Source of the DNA: Candidatus Hermodarchaeota archaeon
GTDB taxonomy: Archaea; Asgardarchaeota; Thorarchaeia; Thorarchaeales; Thorarchaeaceae
Length of the DNA: 62,814 nt
Assembly (NCBI GenBank): GCA_048885865.1
Contig: JBHLLF010000010.1
Location: forward strand, 1 to 62,814
Direction of reading: 5' to 3'
A model generated the notes under the pieces. That model was given only the letters and a program-made list of their open reading frames with translations, was not told the origin of the DNA and searched no databases. A program made the position numbers and the translations under genes. This document shows positions 29,286 to 38,510 of this stretch, piece after piece. Position 1 is the stretch's first letter; each line of letters opens with the position of its first letter.

Positions 29286-30323
29286 CTATTTGCCCATTGT
29301 CAAAGCCATGATCGCCTTTTGAACATGTAGACGATTCTCCGCCACATCGTAGACAATTGACTTGGGGCTATCACAGACCTCATCAGTCACTTCTGCGTTT
29401 CTGTCCACAGGACCACAGTGAGTGAAGTAGGCATCATTAGTCTTCGCCATCCATCCCTTGGTTGTGATCCAGTCATCATATTTCGCGGCAATCTCAATCT
29501 CTTTGCTCTTGGCTGCATCAATACCGTGCTTGTTCATATCATCATAGAAGCCCGCTGTCATCCAATTGCGGGAATAGACGAAGTCAGCTCCCTCATATCC
29601 TTCCTCGAGATCATGGACAATCTCGAACCTGCCGCCAGCATCGTCAGCGTTCTCCTCACACCACTTCATGACCTCAGGATCCAAATCATAGCCTTTTGGA
29701 TAGGCAAGGGTGACATCCATTCCTAGGCGAGTGTTGATTAAGACACTCTCTTGGACTGAGCACCATGACCTCACCAGGGCGCCCTTTCCCCAGACTTGGA
29801 GGAATTTCTTGCCTTTGAGGTTCTTTCCTCCGTGCATCCTGTAGCCCATGACATCAGCTAGTCCTTGACAAGGGTGGAATCGATCATGAGCCATGCTAAT
29901 AATTGGAATGCTTGCATATTTCGCATATTCTTCAAGCATCTCATGACCCTGTCCATAGTACTCCAAGGCGGTCTCAAGAACTCTAATGCCAATACCCACT
30001 CCATAGCGACTCATGACCTCGGCTGCATCCTGAATGGTCTCTCCAGCAGTCTTGGCTGACTTGAGTCGCATAGACTTCGGCTCCAGGAATTGAGCGTGAC
30101 CACCCAGCTCTGAGGCTGCAGCCTCGAAAGATTGTCTGGTTCTTACTGAAGGATTATAGAAGAACATCATGAAAGTACGGCGGTTGAGACAATTATTCAT
30201 GGGATGGTCATATCTATTGGCCTTCATCTCAAATGATAGGTCAAGAGTCTTCTCGAGCTCCTCAACACTCCAGTCCTGTGTACATAGTAGGTCCTTTCCA
30301 TGTAGACTATTCATGGTACTCAC
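29286..30323 (-). CDS. Ornithine/N-acetylornithine carbamoyltransferase-family protein (divergent)
   Basis: SVRTRQSF, HPCQGLAD, HCGPVDR, AENRLHVQKA. Confidence 0.88.
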   Translation of the reverse strand: MSTMNSLHGKDLLCTQDWSVEELEKTLDLSFEMKANRYDHPMNNCLNRRTFMMFFYNPSVRTRQSFEAAASELGGHAQFLEPKSMRLKSAKTAGETIQDAAEVMSRYGVGIGIRVLETALEYYGQGHEMLEEYAKYASIPIISMAHDRFHPCQGLADVMGYRMHGGKNLKGKKFLQVWGKGALVRSWCSVQESVLINTRLGMDVTLAYPKGYDLDPEVMKWCEENADDAGGRFEIVHDLEEGYEGADFVYSRNWMTAGFYDDMNKHGIDAAKSKEIEIAAKYDDWITTKGWMAKTNDAYFTHCGPVDRNAEVTDEVCDSPKSIVYDVAENRLHVQKAIMALTMGK

Positions 30324-30448
30324 ATCTCGCGGATGGGTCCATTCTTTGTTTTAGGTCTATCGGGATATGTATTGATTTGCTTCGTGAGCGAAAGATGTCA
30401 TTAGCGAAAGGGTTTTGAGAGCACATCTTGGTTTGAACTTGTTCCGAA

Positions 30449-31279
30449 ATGATGATTGGTCAATCCGAAGCAGTATTCAGAGAATTCGCTGAAACGTATG
30501 GAGTTGAGTTCTCCTTCACTCCTAAACAACGCGCCATGTTTCAGGATGAGAAGGTGGTTATACTCGAATCTGACCAATTGAATTACATTATAGATCACAT
30601 GTCACCAGAGGGGGGAATTCCAAATTTCCTTCAAGATTATGCATCGCATATTCCCACCGTGTGCATGTCGCTTTATGTCGTTAATGATGCATTGTGGAAA
30701 TTGATGGAGCGAAAGCCTTGGGACCAAGAGAAAATGCTAGCCATGACTACGATGCCATACTGCTTCTGGCATCAGGATGAGGAGAAGACTTCGAATATCA
30801 AGGCTGTAAGGAGATGGAGCCTGGGGAAGAATATCCTCAGGTATTCGAAAACCAACAACACACTTGAGATTAACGGAGAAGGTGGAGACTTTGGAGGTTT
30901 TATTAATAGGAGTCAAATCACCATGCGAAAGTTCGGAATACCTGACAAGAGAGAGCTTATTCCAAACTACATCTATCAGAAATTCAATCTTGTCATTCAC
31001 CTAGAAGCAGCAACAGCCGATGCTCATCCTTTACCTCTAGATTATCTGGACTATGATTTTTCTAGCTCAGCTAAGGAATTCCACGACCATGGAATTCACA
31101 TCAGCGTTCCAGGCGAAAGTGTGACATTGCAAATAGAGAAGAGAAAACCTTCAAAGCTTAACGGCGTTGTGCATCTATTTGTGGGATACGTCCTAGAATC
31201 TGGAGCCGATGCACTGACAGCACTACTGGCTGACATATGGTTCTGGGCATTGCAAAGACTACTTGAAGAGCGTAACTAA
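30449..31279 (+). CDS. Hypothetical protein
   Basis: 276-aa ORF with plausible composition, no motif recognised. Confidence 0.7.
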   Translation: MMIGQSEAVFREFAETYGVEFSFTPKQRAMFQDEKVVILESDQLNYIIDHMSPEGGIPNFLQDYASHIPTVCMSLYVVNDALWKLMERKPWDQEKMLAMTTMPYCFWHQDEEKTSNIKAVRRWSLGKNILRYSKTNNTLEINGEGGDFGGFINRSQITMRKFGIPDKRELIPNYIYQKFNLVIHLEAATADAHPLPLDYLDYDFSSSAKEFHDHGIHISVPGESVTLQIEKRKPSKLNGVVHLFVGYVLESGADALTALLADIWFWALQRLLEERN

Positions 31280-32054
31280 GATGCTAATGACAATAGCCCT
31301 CACACTTCTTGGACTTCTTGCGGTTGGAATTTCTCTAATGTGGTGGAATAGAGTAGGAAGAATGGAAACTTTGCTCTCAACATTTGAAGAGCGATTTGAT
31401 GTCAATGATGTTGATATCAGCGGCAACAAGAAATACACGAATTGCTTGTCGCACCACTGGGTCATAAGGAATGTAGTTCGTGGCGACTATTTGAAGTCAG
31501 GAGAGTCACTGAGCGATTTCATTGGTGAGAACACGATGGTGGGCACTATGTTGGTTGGCTTAGGCATGGGAATTGGTCCAGTCCTTCTAGTCTTAGTCAT
31601 GTTTGAGAGTTTCTTTATTGCAGGAGCTGCTATGGTGACTGTCCTCATTGCAGTCTTTATCATTCGTCCATCGGGCGAGGTGGGAGTGTCATATGAACTT
31701 CTTACATACCTCGTTGAACAAGAGCCAACTGAATTCAAGATGGGAGATTGGGCATACGCTATGGTGTCGTCAAATCGAATAAAGAGATGGGCATACACTC
31801 TGATCCTAATCGCTGTTTTTTCGTTTGCCCTCGCTCCAATAGGCGATATTCTTCCAGACGCTGTGGGACTCGCAATAGCCACATATTTCGCAGTTTTTAT
31901 GCAACAAATCTATTTCCCATTGGCCGCAATCTCGCCTCCGCTTGCACTAGTGTCCTTCATTATCAGTGTTCCTCTTGTTCCACTGCTAGCATATGCTCTG
32001 TTTCAGGTCGCACAGAAACATTTAGGATCTCAATCAGACGTGGATGGAATTTGA
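31263..32054 (+). CDS. Hypothetical membrane protein
   Basis: Multiple TM helices; paralog of 32157-33011. Confidence 0.75.
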   Translation: MKSVTKMLMTIALTLLGLLAVGISLMWWNRVGRMETLLSTFEERFDVNDVDISGNKKYTNCLSHHWVIRNVVRGDYLKSGESLSDFIGENTMVGTMLVGLGMGIGPVLLVLVMFESFFIAGAAMVTVLIAVFIIRPSGEVGVSYELLTYLVEQEPTEFKMGDWAYAMVSSNRIKRWAYTLILIAVFSFALAPIGDILPDAVGLAIATYFAVFMQQIYFPLAAISPPLALVSFIISVPLVPLLAYALFQVAQKHLGSQSDVDGI

Positions 32055-32156
32055 TTAGCGAGCCCTGGCATTCTCACCTGATTCTACTGAAAAGGTAGGA
32101 TTCAAGAACACCCTAACTTCTCTTTTCTGAAGCAATAACTCTGAGGAATCTTGTAG

Positions 32157-33011
32157 ATGTACATGACGCTAGCAACAATCCTGCTTGGAATTCTATCATT
32201 TGTTATGGCAGTGATATGGCGCAAGCGTTTGATGAGCCGTGAAGAGATAACTATCTATCTCGAAGCCAGGTTTGGCTCTGAAAAGGTCGATACTTCAGGC
32301 AAGACACACTACTCTAATTGTCTATCCTATCAGTGGGTAATGAGGAATGTCATTCAGAACAAGCTTGGCAAGGGTGGTGAGATCATCCGTACAGCTTTAG
32401 TAGAAAGGACTACTGAGGGTGCATTAGCACTTGCAATATTGGGGACAATGGTTTCATTTATGGCGGCGTACTTGGTCTTTTTCAGTTTTACACTAGTTGG
32501 AGGCTCTGTTGTAATCCTCCTTCTGGCAATCCTTTTGATTCAAGCGCCTTTTGATGTGGCGGCATCTGATGGTCTTTTGAAATGGCTATTAAAGCAGGAC
32601 CCAGCCGATCTGAAGGTAGACGACTTCGCATACGCCAAGGTTTCATTTGGGGCAATCTCGAGATGGGTGCGTGTGCTACTAGCAATAGGAACTGCTGCAA
32701 TTGTGATAGCGCCGTGGAGTGACTTGCTACTGGAAGGAGCGACCTATGCAATTACAATGTTATTCACTTTCATCCTGGCTACTGTATATACCCCTCTTGG
32801 TGAAATCAATCCGGCTCTGGCTTATGGATTGTTCGTTGTCACCGTTGTTCTAATCGTAGTTCTAATCTTCCTCATCCCAGGAAGAGTATACGGTCTAATC
32901 CAGAAAGACATCGACATCTTTTCTTCAGAACCCGAAGCTAGCCCCGATGACATTGATGATGAAACCGTAGAGAAAGAGAAAGATCGCGGCGACCATGAGG
33001 TCAAGACCTAG
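32157..33011 (+). CDS. Hypothetical membrane protein
   Basis: Multiple TM helices; shares DxSG...YxNCLSxxWVxRNV with the upstream gene. Confidence 0.75.
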   Translation: MYMTLATILLGILSFVMAVIWRKRLMSREEITIYLEARFGSEKVDTSGKTHYSNCLSYQWVMRNVIQNKLGKGGEIIRTALVERTTEGALALAILGTMVSFMAAYLVFFSFTLVGGSVVILLLAILLIQAPFDVAASDGLLKWLLKQDPADLKVDDFAYAKVSFGAISRWVRVLLAIGTAAIVIAPWSDLLLEGATYAITMLFTFILATVYTPLGEINPALAYGLFVVTVVLIVVLIFLIPGRVYGLIQKDIDIFSSEPEASPDDIDDETVEKEKDRGDHEVKT

Positions 33012-33263
33012 TAGTGCTCGTTTCCAGACAGAAGTTGGAGTCCCATCAGATTCTAGCCTCTTCTCATCATCAAGTGGTTGTCGTGCGAAGAGACAGCCAC
33101 CAAGGAGCAAAAGGATTCCGCTGCCTAGGAATGTGAGAACGCCTGCAATGTAGAAGAATACCATGGCCTGTGCTATAAGTGAAGCGACAACGCCTGTAGA
33201 TAGAATGAGTGCAGTGAGCACGGTGCCCCACACTAAGCCGCCTTTAAGGGCGTTCATCCACAC
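32925..33263 (-). CDS. Small 3-TM membrane protein
   Basis: Hydrophobic helices; co-oriented tail of the opp operon; 3' end overlaps the convergent gene. Confidence 0.6.
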   Translation of the reverse strand: MWMNALKGGLVWGTVLTALILSTGVVASLIAQAMVFFYIAGVLTFLGSGILLLLGGCLFARQPLDDEKRLESDGTPTSVWKRALLGLDLMVAAIFLFLYGFIINVIGASFGF

Positions 33264-33279
33264 GTGTATTCACTCCGCT

Positions 33280-33474
33280 TTACGGCATTAGAGCAAACAG
33301 GAATCCTATAGAAACAAGCACAATTGCCAATATCACAAGCGGAAGAAATATTGACTGAATCGATGCAATGAACAAAGCAACGTAGTCAGTCTTATCAAGG
33401 GGCATATGAGTGCCGCTCTCATGGTCACCATATTGAGACCAATCAACGCTCTCTTGTTTCTCTTCTTCAGTCAT
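33280..33474 (-). CDS. Small membrane protein
   Basis: GAGGT ribosome-binding site upstream; acidic N-terminus and C-terminal TM; follows oppF. Confidence 0.65.
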   Translation of the reverse strand: MTEEEKQESVDWSQYGDHESGTHMPLDKTDYVALFIASIQSIFLPLVILAIVLVSIGFLFALMP

Positions 33475-33538
33475 TCGTTATACCTCGCTTACTTTTCTGC
33501 TTCGTTTTAGCAATTAGATATGTGGTTCAGAGCAAAAT

Positions 33539-34573
33539 CTATCTTCCTGCAACCGGAGCCTCTTGTGCCTCTATTTGGGATTTGTAATCAAGGTCCAAGT
33601 CTCCTGCAAAGTGACAAGCCACGAGGTGGCCATCACCCATGTCACGAAGTTCTGGAATCTCTTCCTTACAGACTTCCTTGGCAAATCTGCACCTGGGATG
33701 GAATCTACATCCAGTTGGAGGATTAATTGGACTTGGCACTTCACCAGCTAGAATCTGTGTCCGACCCCGATATTCAGGGTTCGGTACAGGTACGGCGGAC
33801 ACCAGAGCAGCTGAATAGGGATGCATTGCTTCTTGGAAAATATCCCGTGGGGTCATCTCCATTATTTTCCCTAGATACATCACAGCAACTCTGTCACTCA
33901 TGTGCTTCACAACGCTCAAGTTGTGAGAGATAAACAGATATGTTAAGTCAAATTCTTGCTGCAGGTCTTTCATGAGATTGAGAGTCTGCGCCTGAACAGA
34001 CACATCAGTGCTGGATGTGGGCTCGTCCATCACAACGAGCTTTGGATTCAATGCAAGGGCGCGTGCAATACAGATACGTTGTCTTTGCCCACCGCTAAAT
34101 TCGTGTGGAAATCTGTTGAGGTGGTCCTCATTTAGACCAACCTTTTCGAGTAGTTCGATAACCATCCGTCTCAACCCGTAGCCGCGAGCAATACCGTTTA
34201 CTAGTAATGGTTCTCCGACTGCGTTCTTAATGGTCAACCGCGGATCAAGTGAGGCCATGGGGTCTTGAAACACGATGCCCATGTTGCGACGGAGGAACCG
34301 TAGATCCTTTGATTTGAGTTCACTGATGTCTTGTCCCTCAAAGATCATAGTGCCTGATGTGGGAGGGATGAGCCTCAATAAGGTTCGGCCGGTAGTTGTC
34401 TTCCCACAACCAGATTCCCCGACAAGCCCAAGGGTTTCACCTTTCAAAATGTCAAAGGAGATGTCGTCAACCGCTCTAACATACCCAAGAACCTTACGGA
34501 ATACTCCACCAGTCAAAGGGAAGTATTTCTTCAAATTCTTAACTTGCACCAGAGGTACATCTTCGTTCATCAT
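33539..34573 (-). CDS. oppF: Peptide ABC ATPase OppF/DppF
   Basis: GESGCGKT, FSGGQRQR, DEPTSS, ISHN, Cys cluster. Confidence 0.93.
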   Translation of the reverse strand: MMNEDVPLVQVKNLKKYFPLTGGVFRKVLGYVRAVDDISFDILKGETLGLVGESGCGKTTTGRTLLRLIPPTSGTMIFEGQDISELKSKDLRFLRRNMGIVFQDPMASLDPRLTIKNAVGEPLLVNGIARGYGLRRMVIELLEKVGLNEDHLNRFPHEFSGGQRQRICIARALALNPKLVVMDEPTSSTDVSVQAQTLNLMKDLQQEFDLTYLFISHNLSVVKHMSDRVAVMYLGKIMEMTPRDIFQEAMHPYSAALVSAVPVPNPEYRGRTQILAGEVPSPINPPTGCRFHPRCRFAKEVCKEEIPELRDMGDGHLVACHFAGDLDLDYKSQIEAQEAPVAGR

Positions 34574-34576
34574 AAA

Positions 34577-35815
34577 TCACCCCTTCTTCTTCATGGAACC
34601 CTGTGGATGAAAACACTCCACCCAGTGATTGGGCTTCATCTCCTCTCTCGGAGGTCGTTCTTCTGAGCAAATGCTTGTGGCGAATTCACATCTTGGATGG
34701 AATCTGCATCCTGTAGGCGGTGTAATTAGATTAGGCACCATTCCTTTAATCTGCAAAAGCCGGTCAGTCTTCTCAGTCAGTTTCGGGATCGCTCGAAGCA
34801 GACCCGAAGTGTAGGGATGTATTGGGTCTGAGAAAAGCTCATCAGTTGAAGCATATTCAACAACTACTCCGGCGTACATCACCGCAACATGTGTGCAGGT
34901 TTCTGCTACAACACCCAAGTCGTGAGTAATGATGATAATTGAAGAGTCAAACTCTGACTTGAGCTCATTTAGAAGATTTAAGACTTGAGCCTGAACAGTC
35001 ACATCCAGTGCTGTTGTAGCTTCGTCGCAAATTAAAATCTGAGGATTGCAGGAAAGAGACATGGCAATGAGCGCTCTCTGTCTCATACCTCCAGAAAGTT
35101 CATGGGGATACTGATCGGCTATCTCCTCAGGAGAGGGCATCCGGACCATTTTAAGCATTTCAACCGCTTTCTTCTTGGCCACCTGCTTCTTGTCCTCATC
35201 TGTTGGCGGCGGGGGATCATCGAGTTGACTTCGGTATTCATTGATCTTCTCTTTGATTTGATCTGCATTTGGAGCCGCTGGATTCTCTGCTAATGTGGCA
35301 TCCAGGCGATTAATCTTCATCATCAGAGCCTCCTTTGCAAGATCTTGGTGAAGAGATATGACCTCAGCAATCTGGTCCCCGACCCGGAACACTGGATTTG
35401 GATATGTAGCAGGGTCTTGGAACACAATGGCTATGCGGTTGCCTCTGATATGACGCATCTCATCTTCAGACACTTTCAATAGATCAGTGATAATTTCATC
35501 TTTGCCTCGTGTACGGTCTCTGAAGATAACCTCACCAGCCTCAATTACTCCTGGTGAATCCACAAGACGCATAATCGATTTCGCAGTAACGCTCTTTCCG
35601 CATCCTGTTTCACCCACGAATGCCAATGTTTGCCCTTTCTTGAGCTGAACAGAAACTCCATCAAGTGCCTTAACGACTCCTTCATATGTGTAGAAGGAAG
35701 TCTTGAGCCCTCGAACATCAAGGATCACATCAGTTTCAAGCGTGAGGGTTTCATCTTGGGAATCTTGATGCTCATTTTTAGATTCAGTCATAGCAATTAT
35801 ATCTCCTGCCATCAT
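34577..35815 (-). CDS. oppD: Peptide ABC ATPase OppD/DppD with helical insertion
   Basis: GETGCGKS, LSGGMRQR, CDEATTALD, ITHD. Confidence 0.92.
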   Translation of the reverse strand: MMAGDIIAMTESKNEHQDSQDETLTLETDVILDVRGLKTSFYTYEGVVKALDGVSVQLKKGQTLAFVGETGCGKSVTAKSIMRLVDSPGVIEAGEVIFRDRTRGKDEIITDLLKVSEDEMRHIRGNRIAIVFQDPATYPNPVFRVGDQIAEVISLHQDLAKEALMMKINRLDATLAENPAAPNADQIKEKINEYRSQLDDPPPPTDEDKKQVAKKKAVEMLKMVRMPSPEEIADQYPHELSGGMRQRALIAMSLSCNPQILICDEATTALDVTVQAQVLNLLNELKSEFDSSIIIITHDLGVVAETCTHVAVMYAGVVVEYASTDELFSDPIHPYTSGLLRAIPKLTEKTDRLLQIKGMVPNLITPPTGCRFHPRCEFATSICSEERPPREEMKPNHWVECFHPQGSMKKKG

Positions 35816-37095
35816 CGCCTTCTAAGTTTTGGATCTAGGATGTCTCTCACTCCATCTCCGACTAGATTGAAAGCAAGTGCACACAGTAGTATCGCAATGC
35901 CAGGGTAGAAGACCAACCAGTACAAGATAAAGTGGTCCTGCCCTGTAGCGATCATGAGCCCCCATTCTGCTGTACCTGCTTCTGCGCCGAAACCAATGAA
36001 GCTCAGTCCGGCTGCTGTTAAAAGAACGCCACCTAGGTCAAGGGTAGCTTGCACTATGACAGGCTGTACTGTATTAGGTAGGATGTGTGTCAGTAATATC
36101 CTGAAGTCTGATGCACCTACAGACCGAGCAGCCTCGACATACAACCTCTCGCGCTCAATTAGCACTTGACCCCTTACAAGACGGGAATATGTGGGCCACC
36201 AGACAACCATAAGAGCTATGGCAATGTTGTCAAGGTTTCTCTCACCAAGGGCAGACACAATTGCCATTGCTAGGATGAGACCGGGGAAAGCAAAGAAGAC
36301 ATCTGTGATTCGCATCACAACCTCGTCAACTGCGCCGCCAAAGTAGCCAGCAGCAGCGCCAATTATTGTACCAATGATTAGTGCAACTCCAACCACTGAG
36401 AAAGCAATTCGCAGGTCAATTCGAGTCGCCCACATGACCATGCTGAAAATGTCTCCACCATTCTGGTCAGTCCCCCATATATGAGTCGGGCTAGGTGGCG
36501 CCAGAGTTTCGGTCCATATTCTCTCGGTAGGGCCATAAGGAGCCCAGTAGTGAACGGTCAAGGCAATAATAACATAGCCAATGATGATTGCCAATCCCAC
36601 TACCACCAATGGACTTCTTCTAATCAGGTAGAGACTATACCGTAGTTCTTTCATCCTTGGACCTAAATCTTCTCTGAAGAGCTGCCACCAATAAGATCTG
36701 GTACTAGGAATGAATAGAAGCAGAATTGAGATGAGACTACCGATAGCCAAGTATGGCACGAAGCCGCCTATCAAGAAGAGCAGTCCCACGTATATGATAT
36801 TAGCGTAAATGATCCATGGAAATACATGAGCCTCCACCCTGTAGACCGACCTGCCGATATTGAACAGCCATAAACCGAATAGCGCCATCGGGCCCGTATT
36901 CAGAATCAGTCTACCCAGAATAGCGGTAAAATTAATCGTCCCCAGCATGAAGGGTTCCACGAGAGGGACCAGGAGCAACACACCTGCTGCAACCCCCACT
37001 AGACCAAGGATAGCCTGGAAGATACCGAGGATTCTCACCGTCTGAGGTGCCTTCTCTTCAACAACTTCTACTTCAATTTGTGTTAATTCGCCCAC
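35812..37095 (-). CDS. oppC: Peptide ABC permease OppC/DppC with extra N-terminal TM helices
   Basis: HIWGTDQNGGD, EAARSVGAS, HILPN, GDGVRDILDP. Confidence 0.9.
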   Translation of the reverse strand: MGELTQIEVEVVEEKAPQTVRILGIFQAILGLVGVAAGVLLLVPLVEPFMLGTINFTAILGRLILNTGPMALFGLWLFNIGRSVYRVEAHVFPWIIYANIIYVGLLFLIGGFVPYLAIGSLISILLLFIPSTRSYWWQLFREDLGPRMKELRYSLYLIRRSPLVVVGLAIIIGYVIIALTVHYWAPYGPTERIWTETLAPPSPTHIWGTDQNGGDIFSMVMWATRIDLRIAFSVVGVALIIGTIIGAAAGYFGGAVDEVVMRITDVFFAFPGLILAMAIVSALGERNLDNIAIALMVVWWPTYSRLVRGQVLIERERLYVEAARSVGASDFRILLTHILPNTVQPVIVQATLDLGGVLLTAAGLSFIGFGAEAGTAEWGLMIATGQDHFILYWLVFYPGIAILLCALAFNLVGDGVRDILDPKLRRR

Positions 37096-37106
37096 TTCTC
37101 TTCACC

Positions 37107-38132
37107 TCATCCATAGCGTATTCTTGGGTCTAGCCCGGCATATATGAGATCAACAATCAGATTAGCTGTAACAAATACTATAGCCACTAGAATTGTGAAC
37201 GCATTGATACTCGGTATATCCGATGTGAGGATGGACTGTACTGCCCACCGACCAAGTCCAGGCCAGCTGAATATTGTTTCAGTAAGAACAGCTCCAGTAA
37301 TGAGTCCGCCAAAGGCAAGGCCAATGACTGTCACAGTAGGAATCATGGCATTTCTGAGAGCGTGCCTGTAGATGACGACTCTCTCCCTCAAACCCTTTGA
37401 ACGCGCCAGCGTTATGTAATCCTCTTTCAAAACTTCAAGCATGCTGGAACGCATCATCCTGGTGATAACGGCTAGATAGATGTAGCCAAGACACATTGCA
37501 GGCATCACAAAGTGAATGAGAGCATCAAAGAATAGAACGGGATTCAAAGTCAATATGGAATCCACTAAGATGAAGTTAGTTACCGGAACATAGTCGATGT
37601 AATAGAAGGAGTACCGACCTCCCTCCGGTAGAAATGGTAATCCCCACATGAAGAACTGGTAATAGAACAGATACTTGAGCATAAGAGCAAACCAAAAGAT
37701 GGGCATCGATACTCCAGCAAGAGCAATCACTCGAGTTGCATGATCTGTCATCTGGTCCTTCCTTGTAGCTGAAACAATGCCAAGTGGGATGCCAATTACA
37801 ACTGCAATGATCATTGATACAATAGCCAACTCTATTGTGGCAGGAAACAGCCTCTGGATTGAGGGGATTACATCCATCCTCATTGTATTGGAATATCCCC
37901 AATCGCCTGAGAACAGATTTCTTAGATAAAGGAAGAACTGAATGTAAATGGGTTCATTAAGCCCATGTAGTCTTCTGATTGCATCATAGGTAGCTGGATT
38001 AGTCCTCTCGTCAATGTATAATGAGAGAGGATCTCCGACCATATAAGCCAAGACGAAGGTTATGGCTAGGACTCCAATTACTACAGGAATAGACAAGAAT
38101 ATCCTTCTTATCACATAATCTCTTAATCTCAT
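37107..38132 (-). CDS. oppB: Peptide ABC permease OppB/DppB
   Basis: GDP, PATIELA, ARSKGL, HALRNA, DPRIRYG. Confidence 0.92.
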   Translation of the reverse strand: MRLRDYVIRRIFLSIPVVIGVLAITFVLAYMVGDPLSLYIDERTNPATYDAIRRLHGLNEPIYIQFFLYLRNLFSGDWGYSNTMRMDVIPSIQRLFPATIELAIVSMIIAVVIGIPLGIVSATRKDQMTDHATRVIALAGVSMPIFWFALMLKYLFYYQFFMWGLPFLPEGGRYSFYYIDYVPVTNFILVDSILTLNPVLFFDALIHFVMPAMCLGYIYLAVITRMMRSSMLEVLKEDYITLARSKGLRERVVIYRHALRNAMIPTVTVIGLAFGGLITGAVLTETIFSWPGLGRWAVQSILTSDIPSINAFTILVAIVFVTANLIVDLIYAGLDPRIRYG

Positions 38133-38510
38133 GGTCGACCACTTCCTATGCCTATAATGGGGGTTAGCCGGATTGTGTCAAACTGATTTCAAAGGGCGCA
38201 GCACTTTTGACAGTCATTTAAGCCTTTGGATGTCAGAAAAGAAAGATATTTTCTGTCGCAATCTGCATGATTCGTCGAAAGCAGAGTATGGATAGCTTTG
38301 AAATCTCCTCAAAGCCGCGGAAGGTTTTGCGACTTCAAAGTGCATATTTCTGCTTTGTTGTGTACGTCAATACACGATGATTTGCCCGTAAGCTATATTA
38401 GACAATGAATACCCAAATTCATTCCACTGTGGCATACATTTTGTATTGCCATGGCAAGATTTCAGTGTCTCTGACACACACTTCTTGCAAGAAGGAGGAA
38501 GTTATTTCCT

